Below are positions 54,783 through 64,000 of a DNA stretch of 64,000 nt, one piece after another. The translations under genes and the position numbers were made by a program. Below the pieces are notes generated by a model, which did not search any database, was not told the DNA's origin, and was given only the letters and a program-made list of their open reading frames with translations. The stretch's first letter is position 1. Every line of letters starts with the position of its first letter. Where the stretch lies: the sequence record NC_049340.1, one strand, 5' to 3'.

Positions 54783-56069
54783 ATGAAACATTTAATAATT
54801 AATGAAAATCTTATTGTTGTATTTTGTGAAAAACAAAACCCAATAAGACAAATTTTCCAAGAAGATGTACTATATGGTACAATAGAATTGGAATCCGAAA
54901 CGATTTATTTAGAATTACAGGATAGTACCACTTATAATATTAAATTTAGTGAAATAAAAGCAATAAACACTACATCATTTGATAAGAACTTTAATAAAAT
55001 TACTGTAGCTGGTAACGTTGAATTTAAATCATCAAACTTTATAGACTTTATAAAAGAGTTACAAAGTCTTTGTCAATTTAGATTACATGCTGATGCAAAT
55101 TCAATGTTTAATATGCTTAATGATTTATCAAAAGCAAATGAAACTGCATTACAAACCAACAAAAAATTTGACAACTTCTTAGATGATTATAAGAAATTTC
55201 CGAGTCCTATTTTAAATAAAATTAAACTAACACAAGCGTTTAATGAAGTTAAGAAATTTAGGTTATATGGTAGTTACTTAACACCAGTAACAAAAATAGT
55301 AATTGATGATTTAACTGTTGTTACAGATTTCATATCATCTGAGATTATTGAAGTTACAATAACAGCAAAAGATATATTAAAGAAATACAATTTGACAATT
55401 ATTTCTGAATTTGGTGAAAATACATATAATGAAATGTTAGATGTAAGGGAATCAAATTGGATTGATTTACGTGAGGGTGGTTCGGCAATAAAGGCTGGTA
55501 TTACTGATGATAAAGACCTTATTATTCGTAGTGGAATGGTTTATATTAGAGATAAACGAGGAATTTATTTTATGGGTATTCAACGCTGGAAAACAATCGC
55601 TAGATTTAATAAATTAAAATGGAAGCGTAGTGAAGAAACAAAGACCATAGAATTTATTATGACAGCACCCCAAGGTGCAATGATGTTAGGTTTAGGAACT
55701 GATGAAAGAAATAATTTAAGTACTTCTCAATGGAAAGAACACGATTTAACATTATTTTTCAATAGTCCAACAAGTTATTGGGGTTTATATGGGCATAATG
55801 TTATACCAAATTCATATGTTAGGGTTGGTAGTTATGCTAAATTTGACCCTAATTCGGTATTAAAAATAAGAATCGAAAATAACGGTAATGTTGGTGCATA
55901 TGTTAAGGTTTATGTAATGCCAAATGAAACTGATTGGGATGCAGAGGGAACATTGATTGTAAATCAAAAAGTATCTAATAAATTTCCAGTTAATTCAGAA
56001 ACTATAATGCCAGTATTAATGCCATTTAGTGGAGTTTCACAAAGATTTATAGCAATAAAAGTAGAGTAA
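54783..56069 (+). CDS. virion protein with beta-sandwich C-terminal domains
   Basis: N-terminal module shared with 51726; TAATACAT upstream. Confidence 0.5.
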   Translation: MKHLIINENLIVVFCEKQNPIRQIFQEDVLYGTIELESETIYLELQDSTTYNIKFSEIKAINTTSFDKNFNKITVAGNVEFKSSNFIDFIKELQSLCQFRLHADANSMFNMLNDLSKANETALQTNKKFDNFLDDYKKFPSPILNKIKLTQAFNEVKKFRLYGSYLTPVTKIVIDDLTVVTDFISSEIIEVTITAKDILKKYNLTIISEFGENTYNEMLDVRESNWIDLREGGSAIKAGITDDKDLIIRSGMVYIRDKRGIYFMGIQRWKTIARFNKLKWKRSEETKTIEFIMTAPQGAMMLGLGTDERNNLSTSQWKEHDLTLFFNSPTSYWGLYGHNVIPNSYVRVGSYAKFDPNSVLKIRIENNGNVGAYVKVYVMPNETDWDAEGTLIVNQKVSNKFPVNSETIMPVLMPFSGVSQRFIAIKVE

Positions 56070-56070
56070 T

Positions 56071-56820
56071 ATGAACAAGAGATACACAATATACGATTAT
56101 ATCGACTATACGGATGGATTTTTTACACCATCTGATGAAAGCACCGTACCAAAAAGAGTTAACCCAAAGAAAGATTTAATAATAAGACCATACGAGGAAA
56201 TTCTATTATCTGAAAGTGGTGAAGTTAATGAAATTGTACATTGGGATAGTCCTGAAAAAAATGTACCGTTATTACATGAATTTATATCATATGAGCGTGA
56301 TAAGGTCGGAACTAGAACCAAAGGATTGGCACTAACACAAACAAAAGTTTTAAAGTGGTATTACCATGATGAAGAAACCAGTTCATATTCTTTAGATGAA
56401 GATGTAAATAACCATAAAACGCTAATAAAAGATTATTCAAAGGGTGCTGTTGTTGATAGTCAAGGTAATAAGCTACCGACAGCAGAACAGACAAGTGAAT
56501 GGAAAAGAAAATCACAGAATGTTATATCATATATGTTAACAAATGAGGTTGCTGGTACATTAATAGACCAAGCAGTATTTCAATTATTTGATAACATAAT
56601 GGTAGATATTCAAAAGTGGCAAAATAATCCAGTTTCAACAGCTTTTATGGATGCTGTAAATGAAAAGAAAGGTGGTTTTGAATTACAATTATCACCTACA
56701 GTAAAATTAAATATTTGGGATATAAATGTTTCTAGGAATCCTGAAAAGCAATATAGCTTACAATATTTTATGCAAGAGCGATTAAGGGCAATAATGAATG
56801 ATGTAAAATCACCAGTTTAA
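56071..56820 (+). CDS. fibre-associated hypothetical protein
   Basis: Loose similarity to 54198-54725. Confidence 0.45.
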   Translation: MNKRYTIYDYIDYTDGFFTPSDESTVPKRVNPKKDLIIRPYEEILLSESGEVNEIVHWDSPEKNVPLLHEFISYERDKVGTRTKGLALTQTKVLKWYYHDEETSSYSLDEDVNNHKTLIKDYSKGAVVDSQGNKLPTAEQTSEWKRKSQNVISYMLTNEVAGTLIDQAVFQLFDNIMVDIQKWQNNPVSTAFMDAVNEKKGGFELQLSPTVKLNIWDINVSRNPEKQYSLQYFMQERLRAIMNDVKSPV

Positions 56821-56909
56821 TATTATTCCCAATAGACCCTGAATTATTCAATCTATTGGGTTTGGTTTTACATATAACTAATAACCCCACATCAATACTA
56901 AATTTAAAC

Positions 56910-57515
56910 ATGATAGAGAATACTAAAGGTTTATTAGAATCTTTGAGTGCGTTTATTAGAAGACTTAACCAAACTTCACTAAAACGCATTATTATATACG
57001 TCATAATCATTTACCCACTAGTTTTTGGAATCTACTATAAAAAAGAAATATTGGAACTTTTTAAGAGTCATAAAGACAATCAAGTAAAAGTTAGAAAATT
57101 AGATGTCGCAAACAATAGATGTTTTGAACTCAGAGAAATTTATGGTGCTGAGGCTGTAATGTTGTATGTTTATCAACCAAATAGCAGTAGAAAAACATCA
57201 AAGGAACGTATTGCAATATCGGTTGGTTCTGTATATAAACCACTAGAAGAAAATAACAGGGTTGAATTGATTACTAGAACACACGTTATTGAAGACCTAA
57301 GAACAGATGGTGTTGCAAAAATTACTAAGTCTAGTGGACATGTATTATCAAATGTTATATTTTCATATGGTCTAGATGTGGCATACATAGTTCCGATAAA
57401 GGATATCGGTTCTAATTCAATAATCGGTGAAGTTATTTATGTATTTAAAGAGGATAAAAACTATGATATAAATGCATTAATAACAAGCGCACAAATGTTT
57501 TCATATGATATATAA
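56910..57515 (+). CDS. T4 holin T-like protein (single TM + GAF-like periplasmic domain)
   Basis: TM RIIIYVIIIYPLVFGIYY; GAEAVMLYVYQP and AYIVPI...IIGEVIYVF resemble T ADFSAVYSFRP / YSCPY...AGTITMYW. Confidence 0.5.
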   Translation: MIENTKGLLESLSAFIRRLNQTSLKRIIIYVIIIYPLVFGIYYKKEILELFKSHKDNQVKVRKLDVANNRCFELREIYGAEAVMLYVYQPNSSRKTSKERIAISVGSVYKPLEENNRVELITRTHVIEDLRTDGVAKITKSSGHVLSNVIFSYGLDVAYIVPIKDIGSNSIIGEVIYVFKEDKNYDINALITSAQMFSYDI

Positions 57516-57546
57516 ATCACTTAAATTGGTAGCAGAGGGTGTATTA

Positions 57547-57663
57547 ATGCCCAAAGATATAGGACAACAAGATTCTGAATTACAAGAATTAATTAATAAA
57601 GATGTTGAGAGAACACGAATATCAACATTCAGACAATCTAAAAACACGGAAAGATGGAAATAA
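57547..57663 (+). CDS. small hypothetical protein
   Basis: 38 aa ORF whose stop lies in a terminator loop. Confidence 0.35.
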   Translation: MPKDIGQQDSELQELINKDVERTRISTFRQSKNTERWK

Positions 57664-57713
57664 TCTTTCCGTGTTTTTTCGTCTACTTTGTTTTATACAA
57701 AAAAGTTTAAAAT

Positions 57714-58612
57714 ATGATACACACATTTTGGCACAATACGGATACAAACAAAAAATTACCATTCAATAACGTTAATTGCATAAAATCTTGGATACACCAA
57801 GGTAAAGAAATTAATATATGGGTATATGATGATAACATATTAACATCAGAGTTCAAAACTTTTTGTAACAATAATGAATTAATATCAATAAATGATGCAG
57901 ACCAAATAATACCATACGATGAATATACAACAATTGATTATGGGTCAAACGGTCATTCATTCGCATCATTTTCAGATGTATTTAGATACAAGGTTTTAGA
58001 TATTTTTGGTGGTTGGTGGTTGGATACTGATATTATATTATTGAATAGGAATTTAGATGTACTAGAAAATGATTTAGATGATGATTCTGAGCCACTTTTT
58101 TTCATAGAACGATACTCAACCCACCAAGACCACTTAAAGTTGAATAATGCGGTTATATATGCACCAAAAAAAGGTATTATGGATTCATTTTATAAAGAAT
58201 CATTAAGTATCTTAAATGATATGATTGAAAATAAAAGATTGGTAGTGTTTGGGGTAATACTGGGCCAGACCTTATTACGGATAGAAAAAATGATGTTAAT
58301 CATGGTGATTATAGGGATTTCTATCTGATAGACTTCTATACATACACAGGAAGTTTATATAGCTATGCATATAGTCAATTAACCATGGATAACTTAGTTA
58401 GATTCTTTAAACAAAAACCATTTGGAATACACTTATGGGAATCTTATTTATATAAACATGGTAATATTAAGAGATTTTCATTATTTGATTTATGTTTTAG
58501 ACTATCACACAAAGGTAAAGAAATTACAATAGAAAATATAATTGATGAACTACCACCACATATGGTCGGTGTGTTCCCAAATGTAACTAGACCAAATCAC
58601 TTAGATGGATAA
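57714..58612 (+). CDS. GT32-like (DxD) glycosyltransferase, apparent frameshift in G-run 58251-58254
   Basis: IHTFW, SFSDVFRY...GGWWLDTD, NNAVI; after the shift GNTGPDLIT and IHLWES. Confidence 0.8.
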
Positions 58613-59234
58613 AAAAATAAGAATTTTTGATGGAGTTGATGGAGTAGGTAAAACAACATCATTATTATGGTTAAAGAAATATTACGAAAACAAGGGCAAT
58701 AATGTTGTAGTTTTACATGAAAAAAATAGAAAACAATTACTACCATATAAATACTTTATTCAAAATAGAACAACCATAAAGGACTATCACGAAAAGCAAA
58801 TACTTTCACTAGACTCATATTCATATTTCATACAAATATTATTTGAGCAAGGTGTTGATGTTATTCTTATTGATAGAATGTTTTTAACACAGAAGTTCTA
58901 TGCGGATATAAATAGACCAAAATCAATAGAGCGTGTTTTTGGTTCTAGTGAAACATTTATAAAGTATATCAATGTTTTTGAAAAGCAACTACTTAGAATA
59001 ACAGATGATGTTGAATTATATTGTTTTGTTAAAGAGATAAATTCAAAATTTGTTGATGATACTGATGATGTGCGGTGGACACAACAAGCACAAAAACTAG
59101 AATGTATAAATAAATTATTTGCAACTGATTATAATAAAATCACCAAGCATATAAAGTCTGTTAAATTTACATGTACTGATGTTGGTGGATATTATGATGC
59201 AAAAGAACAGCTTATTAATTATATAACCAATTAA
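58605..59234 (+). CDS. thymidylate/dNMP kinase-like protein
   Basis: IFDGVDGVGKTT P-loop; ILIDR motif. Confidence 0.75.
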   Translation: MDKKIRIFDGVDGVGKTTSLLWLKKYYENKGNNVVVLHEKNRKQLLPYKYFIQNRTTIKDYHEKQILSLDSYSYFIQILFEQGVDVILIDRMFLTQKFYADINRPKSIERVFGSSETFIKYINVFEKQLLRITDDVELYCFVKEINSKFVDDTDDVRWTQQAQKLECINKLFATDYNKITKHIKSVKFTCTDVGGYYDAKEQLINYITN

Positions 59235-59238
59235 AATT

Positions 59239-59772
59239 ATGAAAGTAGCTATAGCAACACTTAAACGTCTATCGTTACAAAAGAAACGTTTATTAAAATA
59301 CAAACTAAAGCAAACAAGGATAAAATTACCAAAACATTTTGATAAGAAAATGCATACACTTGTTTATGATGCAGTAAAGAATGAAATTTACGAATCACAA
59401 ATGCATGATTTACGTGACCCTAATTCGGTAATTTTCGTTAAGTATGAACAACTTGTTCAATGGTTATTACATGGTGCTGTTCCCAATCAAGTTAAAAATG
59501 CTATACAAAGATTTGTTAAGATTAATGAAGAATCGAATATTGATAATTCTGTAGCTGTTATTGAGGATGTACATACAGCAAATAATGAAGCAATTCAAGA
59601 CCATGCAAAGAACAAACCAATGCTAAGAAATAAATTGAAGCGCATGAAACGTGATGAGTTAATATCAATAGCAAACAAACGCTCAGTTGATTTAGAACAT
59701 ACTGGAAGATTAACCAAGCAAGTAATAATGGATAAAATTATCAATAAAATGGTTATTGATGAAGAGTTTTAA
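59239..59772 (+). CDS. protein with C-terminal Rho-N-like domain
   Basis: LKRMKRDELISIANKRSV...LTKQVIMDKI. Confidence 0.5.
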   Translation: MKVAIATLKRLSLQKKRLLKYKLKQTRIKLPKHFDKKMHTLVYDAVKNEIYESQMHDLRDPNSVIFVKYEQLVQWLLHGAVPNQVKNAIQRFVKINEESNIDNSVAVIEDVHTANNEAIQDHAKNKPMLRNKLKRMKRDELISIANKRSVDLEHTGRLTKQVIMDKIINKMVIDEEF

Positions 59773-59855
59773 ATAAACTATATGTATATGCATATAAAAT
59801 GACATAATTAAACAATTTTATATGTATATACATATAATAAATAAATCATATTAAT

Positions 59856-60293
59856 ATGAGAAAATTCATAATCAAAAACTACTATCTAGATGCGTATTTT
59901 AGATGTGGTTCAATAAAAAAACAATTTCCACGTTGTGTTAAATTAATAGTTCCAACATTTTGTTTATTACCATTTTTGGAATTACTTATTGGATATAACT
60001 CTACATTCTCAATAATTGCAATTGCATTATTAGCTGTTGTTTTTAGTCCTTTATTATATCTTAGTAGATTTCCAGTAAGATGGTTTGAAATGGATACTTT
60101 ACAGAAGTTCCAATCATATTATAAGTATGTTGAAAAAAATGGTACATCAGATACCATTGACCGTGAGTATAAGGAAGCATTAAGTTGGGTTAATAAAAAT
60201 CTAAAGAACGGAACGTATTATAATGCATTTTGGTTATTCTTTTATCCAATTTTACCTTTTGTTGTTGGATTTGTTTATGTTGCATTAAAATAA
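59856..60293 (+). CDS. membrane protein
   Basis: Three hydrophobic segments. Confidence 0.55.
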   Translation: MRKFIIKNYYLDAYFRCGSIKKQFPRCVKLIVPTFCLLPFLELLIGYNSTFSIIAIALLAVVFSPLLYLSRFPVRWFEMDTLQKFQSYYKYVEKNGTSDTIDREYKEALSWVNKNLKNGTYYNAFWLFFYPILPFVVGFVYVALK

Positions 60294-60300
60294 TTTAGTT

Positions 60301-60750
60301 ATGTTAAAGGGTAAGTTCGCAAAAGATTTTAGTATTGATGAATTGCACTATGCGTTAGATGCAATGGCAAATGATATCAAACGAAAAGGTTTAGGATATG
60401 ATGTAGAACGATTGTTTGAAATGGCATTCAATGATTTTATGAAAGGTAAATTTTCATTTGATGGAGCAACATTCTTTCCTGAAAGAGCATATGATATATG
60501 GGAATGGCAATCATTTATACATGATTGGTATAACGGTATTGGTTATGTTAGTTATTTCGTTGATTCTGTATTTAAAAAATTAATGAGAATGTCTAATATG
60601 CACCCAATGCAATATTATGGGCGTTCATGTGTTATGTTTTTATTTACATGGGTTAATATCATAAGACATAAGTACTTCTTAAAGGACTTAAAGAAATTTG
60701 ATAAGGATTCACCAATCTATAAATTATCAAAAAAGATATTAAAGAAATGA
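60301..60750 (+). CDS. DUF1353-like protein
   Basis: FDGAT...IHDWY...VDSVFKKLM pattern. Confidence 0.5.
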   Translation: MLKGKFAKDFSIDELHYALDAMANDIKRKGLGYDVERLFEMAFNDFMKGKFSFDGATFFPERAYDIWEWQSFIHDWYNGIGYVSYFVDSVFKKLMRMSNMHPMQYYGRSCVMFLFTWVNIIRHKYFLKDLKKFDKDSPIYKLSKKILKK

Positions 60751-61307
60751 TTACAGTACCAAAAATATTAAAATCACTAACACTAAAGAGTGTTGGTGAT
60801 TTTATCACATTACTCATATTTATTACACTAACATATATTGTGATATTGAAATTGAATACAATAAACGATTCAATAAAATATAAAAACCACACTAGACTTG
60901 AAGTAATAGACATTAATCAATGTGAAACAATTGTACACGATTTGACAAACCGTTGGGGTGCTAATACCTCAGCACTTTACGTCCTACAACCAAAAAACTA
61001 TAAGAAAGTTTATAAGGAGTTGGTAATACCAAGCAAAAGACACATATTACCAACTAGAGTTTCATTATCCAATGAAATTGAATTTGAATTGGAATTATAT
61101 GAACAAAAATATGTAATATTTAACACACAAGACAATTTCAATATATCAAATGATGATGTATGTGTAGTTATTCCAATATATCATCACAGGGTTATAATTG
61201 CTGAACTATATGTATTTTTTGATACATATGATAAGGCATCAACTTTTGTTGAATGTGTTGGCAATAGAACAATCGAATCACAGATAATAGGAAAATTAAT
61301 ACGCTAA
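60747..61307 (+). CDS. second holin-T-like paralog
   Basis: N-terminal TM; GANTSALYVLQP and VVIPIY...IIAELYVFF parallel 56910. Confidence 0.45.
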   Translation: MITVPKILKSLTLKSVGDFITLLIFITLTYIVILKLNTINDSIKYKNHTRLEVIDINQCETIVHDLTNRWGANTSALYVLQPKNYKKVYKELVIPSKRHILPTRVSLSNEIEFELELYEQKYVIFNTQDNFNISNDDVCVVIPIYHHRVIIAELYVFFDTYDKASTFVECVGNRTIESQIIGKLIR

Positions 61308-61406
61308 GATGACTTCATTATATGAACAAATCCAAGAGGGATTTGAAACAACACAAGCCGAAAAGGATAGACAACAAAGAATATATTATATTAATAAATA
61401 TTATTA

Positions 61407-61437
61407 AAAAATCGCACCCAATGGGTGCGATTTTTTA
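61407..61437 (+). terminator. intrinsic terminator
   Basis: aaaaaatcgcaccc-aat-gggtgcgatttttt. Confidence 0.8.
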
Positions 61438-61502
61438 ATAATATTTTGTAGTTTAAAAATAAGTGTTATATTTGTAGTGTAATAATTTAATAACTATAGA
61501 AT

Positions 61503-61699
61503 ATGAAAACTTTAAACAACTTAACACCAACAGAAAAAAAGTATATAAATTAGAAAAAGGTTATAAAGTTTGGTATTATCTATCTCCAATGGAGAGATAT
61601 AATAAAGTAATGAAAAATTTTACACCATCTGAAAGAAAAGGAGTTAACGGCTTAAGGAAAATGGCTCAATATATAATTGATAACAATATTACTAAATAA
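61503..61699 (+). CDS. hypothetical protein (apparent A-run frameshift near 61535)
   Basis: Follows TATATTTG at 61467. Confidence 0.4.
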
Positions 61700-61787
61700 T
61701 GGAATGTAAAAATAGGTAAATAACTATTTAATTATAAAGTAACAGGTTTATAATTCCAACCTAGTGAGCGTTCTTTTTATTTGTAGT

Positions 61788-61910
61788 TAACGTGATTGTA
61801 TAAGGTGTGTTGCGACCTTGATTAAGCAACAAATTAATAAATATAAACAAACCTTTAGACAGGTAATAAATTAACAAATATGCACAAGCAATACACTTTA
61901 TACGGTGTTA
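61788..61910. repeat. Flavobacteria-type attC-like (Flavo-1-like) imperfect inverted repeat
   Basis: TAAC...GTATAAGGTGTGTTGC (61798-61813) pairs with GCAATACACTTTATAC (61888-61903)...GTTA. Confidence 0.55.
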
Positions 61911-61939
61911 TATGTAGTGCGTTTTTAAAAGACAAAATT

Positions 61940-62188
61940 ATGACAGAATGTAAAAACCACGGGCAAAATACTTATATACCTGAATTAACAAGTAAACCTT
62001 GTTGTTCTAATTGTTTTAGGGAAATTAAAGAAGAAGTGAAGGAAATTGTAAAAGACGTTACTTCTATAAAAGAAACTGAGCAAGAGTACCTTGTATTAAA
62101 AAACAATGAAATAGTAAAAAGCTTTAATAAATACGCTGATGATTTTGCATTTACAAATGCAAGGAACTTCATGAATACAATAACTTAA
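61940..62188 (+). CDS. hypothetical protein with Cys cluster
   Basis: CKNH...CCSNC; starts 30 nt after the hairpin. Confidence 0.45.
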   Translation: MTECKNHGQNTYIPELTSKPCCSNCFREIKEEVKEIVKDVTSIKETEQEYLVLKNNEIVKSFNKYADDFAFTNARNFMNTIT

Positions 62189-62198
62189 AATTAAGAAA

Positions 62199-62459
62199 AT
62201 GAACATATTAAATTACACAGATGAACCTGTTATAATTGATAAAATAACAGAAAGTGCCAAAACGGTATACGAGAATTATAATAAACACCTTTTAGAAAAC
62301 ATAAAATCCGATATTAAGTTATTACATGAGGATATAATTGAAGAAACTAAGTTTATGACCACACGTTTTCAAAGACCTGAACAGGTTAATAAGAAACGAA
62401 ACAAGAATCGTAGGAAGAATAAACATTCAAGAAAACAACGTAAAAGAAATCGGAAATAA
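62199..62459 (+). CDS. hypothetical protein with basic C-terminus
   Basis: NKKRNKNRRKNKHSRKQRKRNRK. Confidence 0.5.
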   Translation: MNILNYTDEPVIIDKITESAKTVYENYNKHLLENIKSDIKLLHEDIIEETKFMTTRFQRPEQVNKKRNKNRRKNKHSRKQRKRNRK

Positions 62460-62548
62460 GAAACGAATTTATAGAACCAACAGAATCTAAAATCAAAGTA
62501 CATGGTGCGAGTGTTGTTGAAAATGCACGAAATGGTGGTGTAACACAA

Positions 62549-62809
62549 ATGTTAATTGATGAGAAAAATAACATTTGGAAAACCGTAAACCCACAATGGG
62601 CAACAAATATAAAATATCGTGTTAGATATGTAGAACACCATCCATGTGATTCTGTATCTTTAGTTGAAAACCCCGAATCAAATAACTTGGTTGAATTAGC
62701 AATTCCTGTTAATAATAGAGAGTATGCAGAATCTATGCTAACTTATGATAATTTAATAAAGTTGCGTGATAGTATAATTTTAATTCTTAAATCAAATAAT
62801 GTAGAGTAA
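62549..62809 (+). CDS. hypothetical protein
   Basis: ORF. Confidence 0.45.
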   Translation: MLIDEKNNIWKTVNPQWATNIKYRVRYVEHHPCDSVSLVENPESNNLVELAIPVNNREYAESMLTYDNLIKLRDSIILILKSNNVE

Positions 62810-62865
62810 TTAGTTGCACAATATTTAAATGTGTATTATATTTACCAAACAAAATTACAAAAGAC

Positions 62866-63396
62866 ATGAACAAACGACCAATTATATCATATGACTGTGA
62901 TGGAATCATTGCAAATTTTTACAAAGCAATTTGTGATAGATACAATAAACCAATGAAGAAAATTAACGACTTCTATGTACCTTGGATTGGTAAGGTTTAT
63001 GAAGAGGTTGCGAATGACCCTGAATTTTGGCGTGAAATGCCAACCATGATTCAACCAAACGAAATGCCATATATTGATTATTACATTTCTACTATCAGAG
63101 AATCAAACAAACTACATAGAGAGTATTGGTTAAACAAAAATGGTTATCAGAATAGACCATTGTATGTTAGTGATGATAAACACATCTTAATAAATGAACT
63201 TGGTGTTAATATTCATGTTGATGATAAATTAGAAACTATCATAAACATCACCAACGAGTGTCCTGATTGTACGCCAATTTTACACCAGCCATGGTACTTA
63301 AAATACAAGAATGTTCCTGAGGGAATTATTGTAACAAACTCAACAAAAGAGTTAAATTCTACTATTCAAGCTATCAGCAGAAACTATAGAAAATAA
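62866..63396 (+). CDS. HAD-family 5'(3')-deoxyribonucleotidase-like protein
   Basis: ISYDCDGIIANF (motif I), IHVDDK (motif IV). Confidence 0.8.
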   Translation: MNKRPIISYDCDGIIANFYKAICDRYNKPMKKINDFYVPWIGKVYEEVANDPEFWREMPTMIQPNEMPYIDYYISTIRESNKLHREYWLNKNGYQNRPLYVSDDKHILINELGVNIHVDDKLETIINITNECPDCTPILHQPWYLKYKNVPEGIIVTNSTKELNSTIQAISRNYRK

Positions 63397-63479
63397 CTCA
63401 AAAAGTTTTGTATATTCTTTTTCAAAAATATACATTTGCACCATAATTAAAAACAACGTAACGTATATAATTTAAACGT

Positions 63480-64000
63480 ATGAACAAACAAGAAGTAAAA
63501 GCAGAGTTAAGAAGTATTGTAGGTATACAATTAATCGTAGGAACATATTCACTAACAGTTGATAAAGTTGCAGATAAAAGAGTTACTATCACAGAGAATA
63601 TTAATGGGTTTGAATTTACACATAGTAAATTAGATATTATTTCTGCTAAAGCATATATTGAGTACAAAAAACGATTAAACCAAGAACTAACAAATAAAGC
63701 ACTTGACGTAGAAAAGCACCACGCATCAGCAGAGTATAGAACACAATTAGATTCATTAGCTGAAATTAAACAAGAATTTTTATTTAATGTTATTGATTTA
63801 ATTGAATCTAATGAGAATAATACACACAATATATTATTCAATACACCATCTGAAATTGATTTTGAGTGGTCATCAGGTGAGAGAATTACAATTAAGGTTC
63901 GTGATAATGAAGACCGACCATTCATTACATTAAGTAAGATAAAGAATACACCACTTACCAAAGAAGATACATTCCCATGTATAACATTCGGTAGTTTATT
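63480..64000 (+). CDS. hypothetical protein (3'-partial)
   Basis: MNKQEVKAELRSIVG... open to the window end after TACATTTG at 63431; the listed minus-strand ORF 63422-63961 is its shadow. Confidence 0.55.
   Translation, partial: MNKQEVKAELRSIVGIQLIVGTYSLTVDKVADKRVTITENINGFEFTHSKLDIISAKAYIEYKKRLNQELTNKALDVEKHHASAEYRTQLDSLAEIKQEFLFNVIDLIESNENNTHNILFNTPSEIDFEWSSGERITIKVRDNEDRPFITLSKIKNTPLTKEDTFPCITFGSL

Overview
A very AT-rich 64 kb segment of a large T4-like myophage genome. The host is almost certainly Bacteroidota (Flavobacteriaceae-like): TAnnTTTG -7 promoter elements precede many accessory genes, the RtcB is Bacteroidota-type, and there is a T9SS-CTD-like protein and a Flavobacteria-type attC-like hairpin. 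Core genes: baseplate/tail genes (gp25-, gp6-, gp5-, gp53-, gp27-, tail-tube-like), two sigma factors (sigma70-like and gp55-like), type II topoisomerase, sliding clamp, and a family-B DNA polymerase in three genes. Polymerase parts 2 and 3 carry the halves of a naturally split Ser1/Ser+1 intein flanking a free-standing Vsr-like homing endonuclease; parts 1 and 2 are separated by the clamp gene and a second endonuclease. Accessory genes: an intein-containing P-loop kinase, RtcB, a TAGT/GREB1-like glycosyltransferase, a GT32 glycosyltransferase next to a dNMP kinase, DHFR plus a degenerate DHFR paralog, two SpoT/Mesh1-like HD proteins, and two T-holin-like paralogs. A 1.35 kb piece of a bacterial type II R-M locus (MTase plus REase tail) sits inside a duplicated phage segment. 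About 14 apparent frameshifts all lie in short A/T/G runs and are treated as sequencing errors. No tRNA or CRISPR array was seen. All protein calls are by motif recognition from memory, not database searches.
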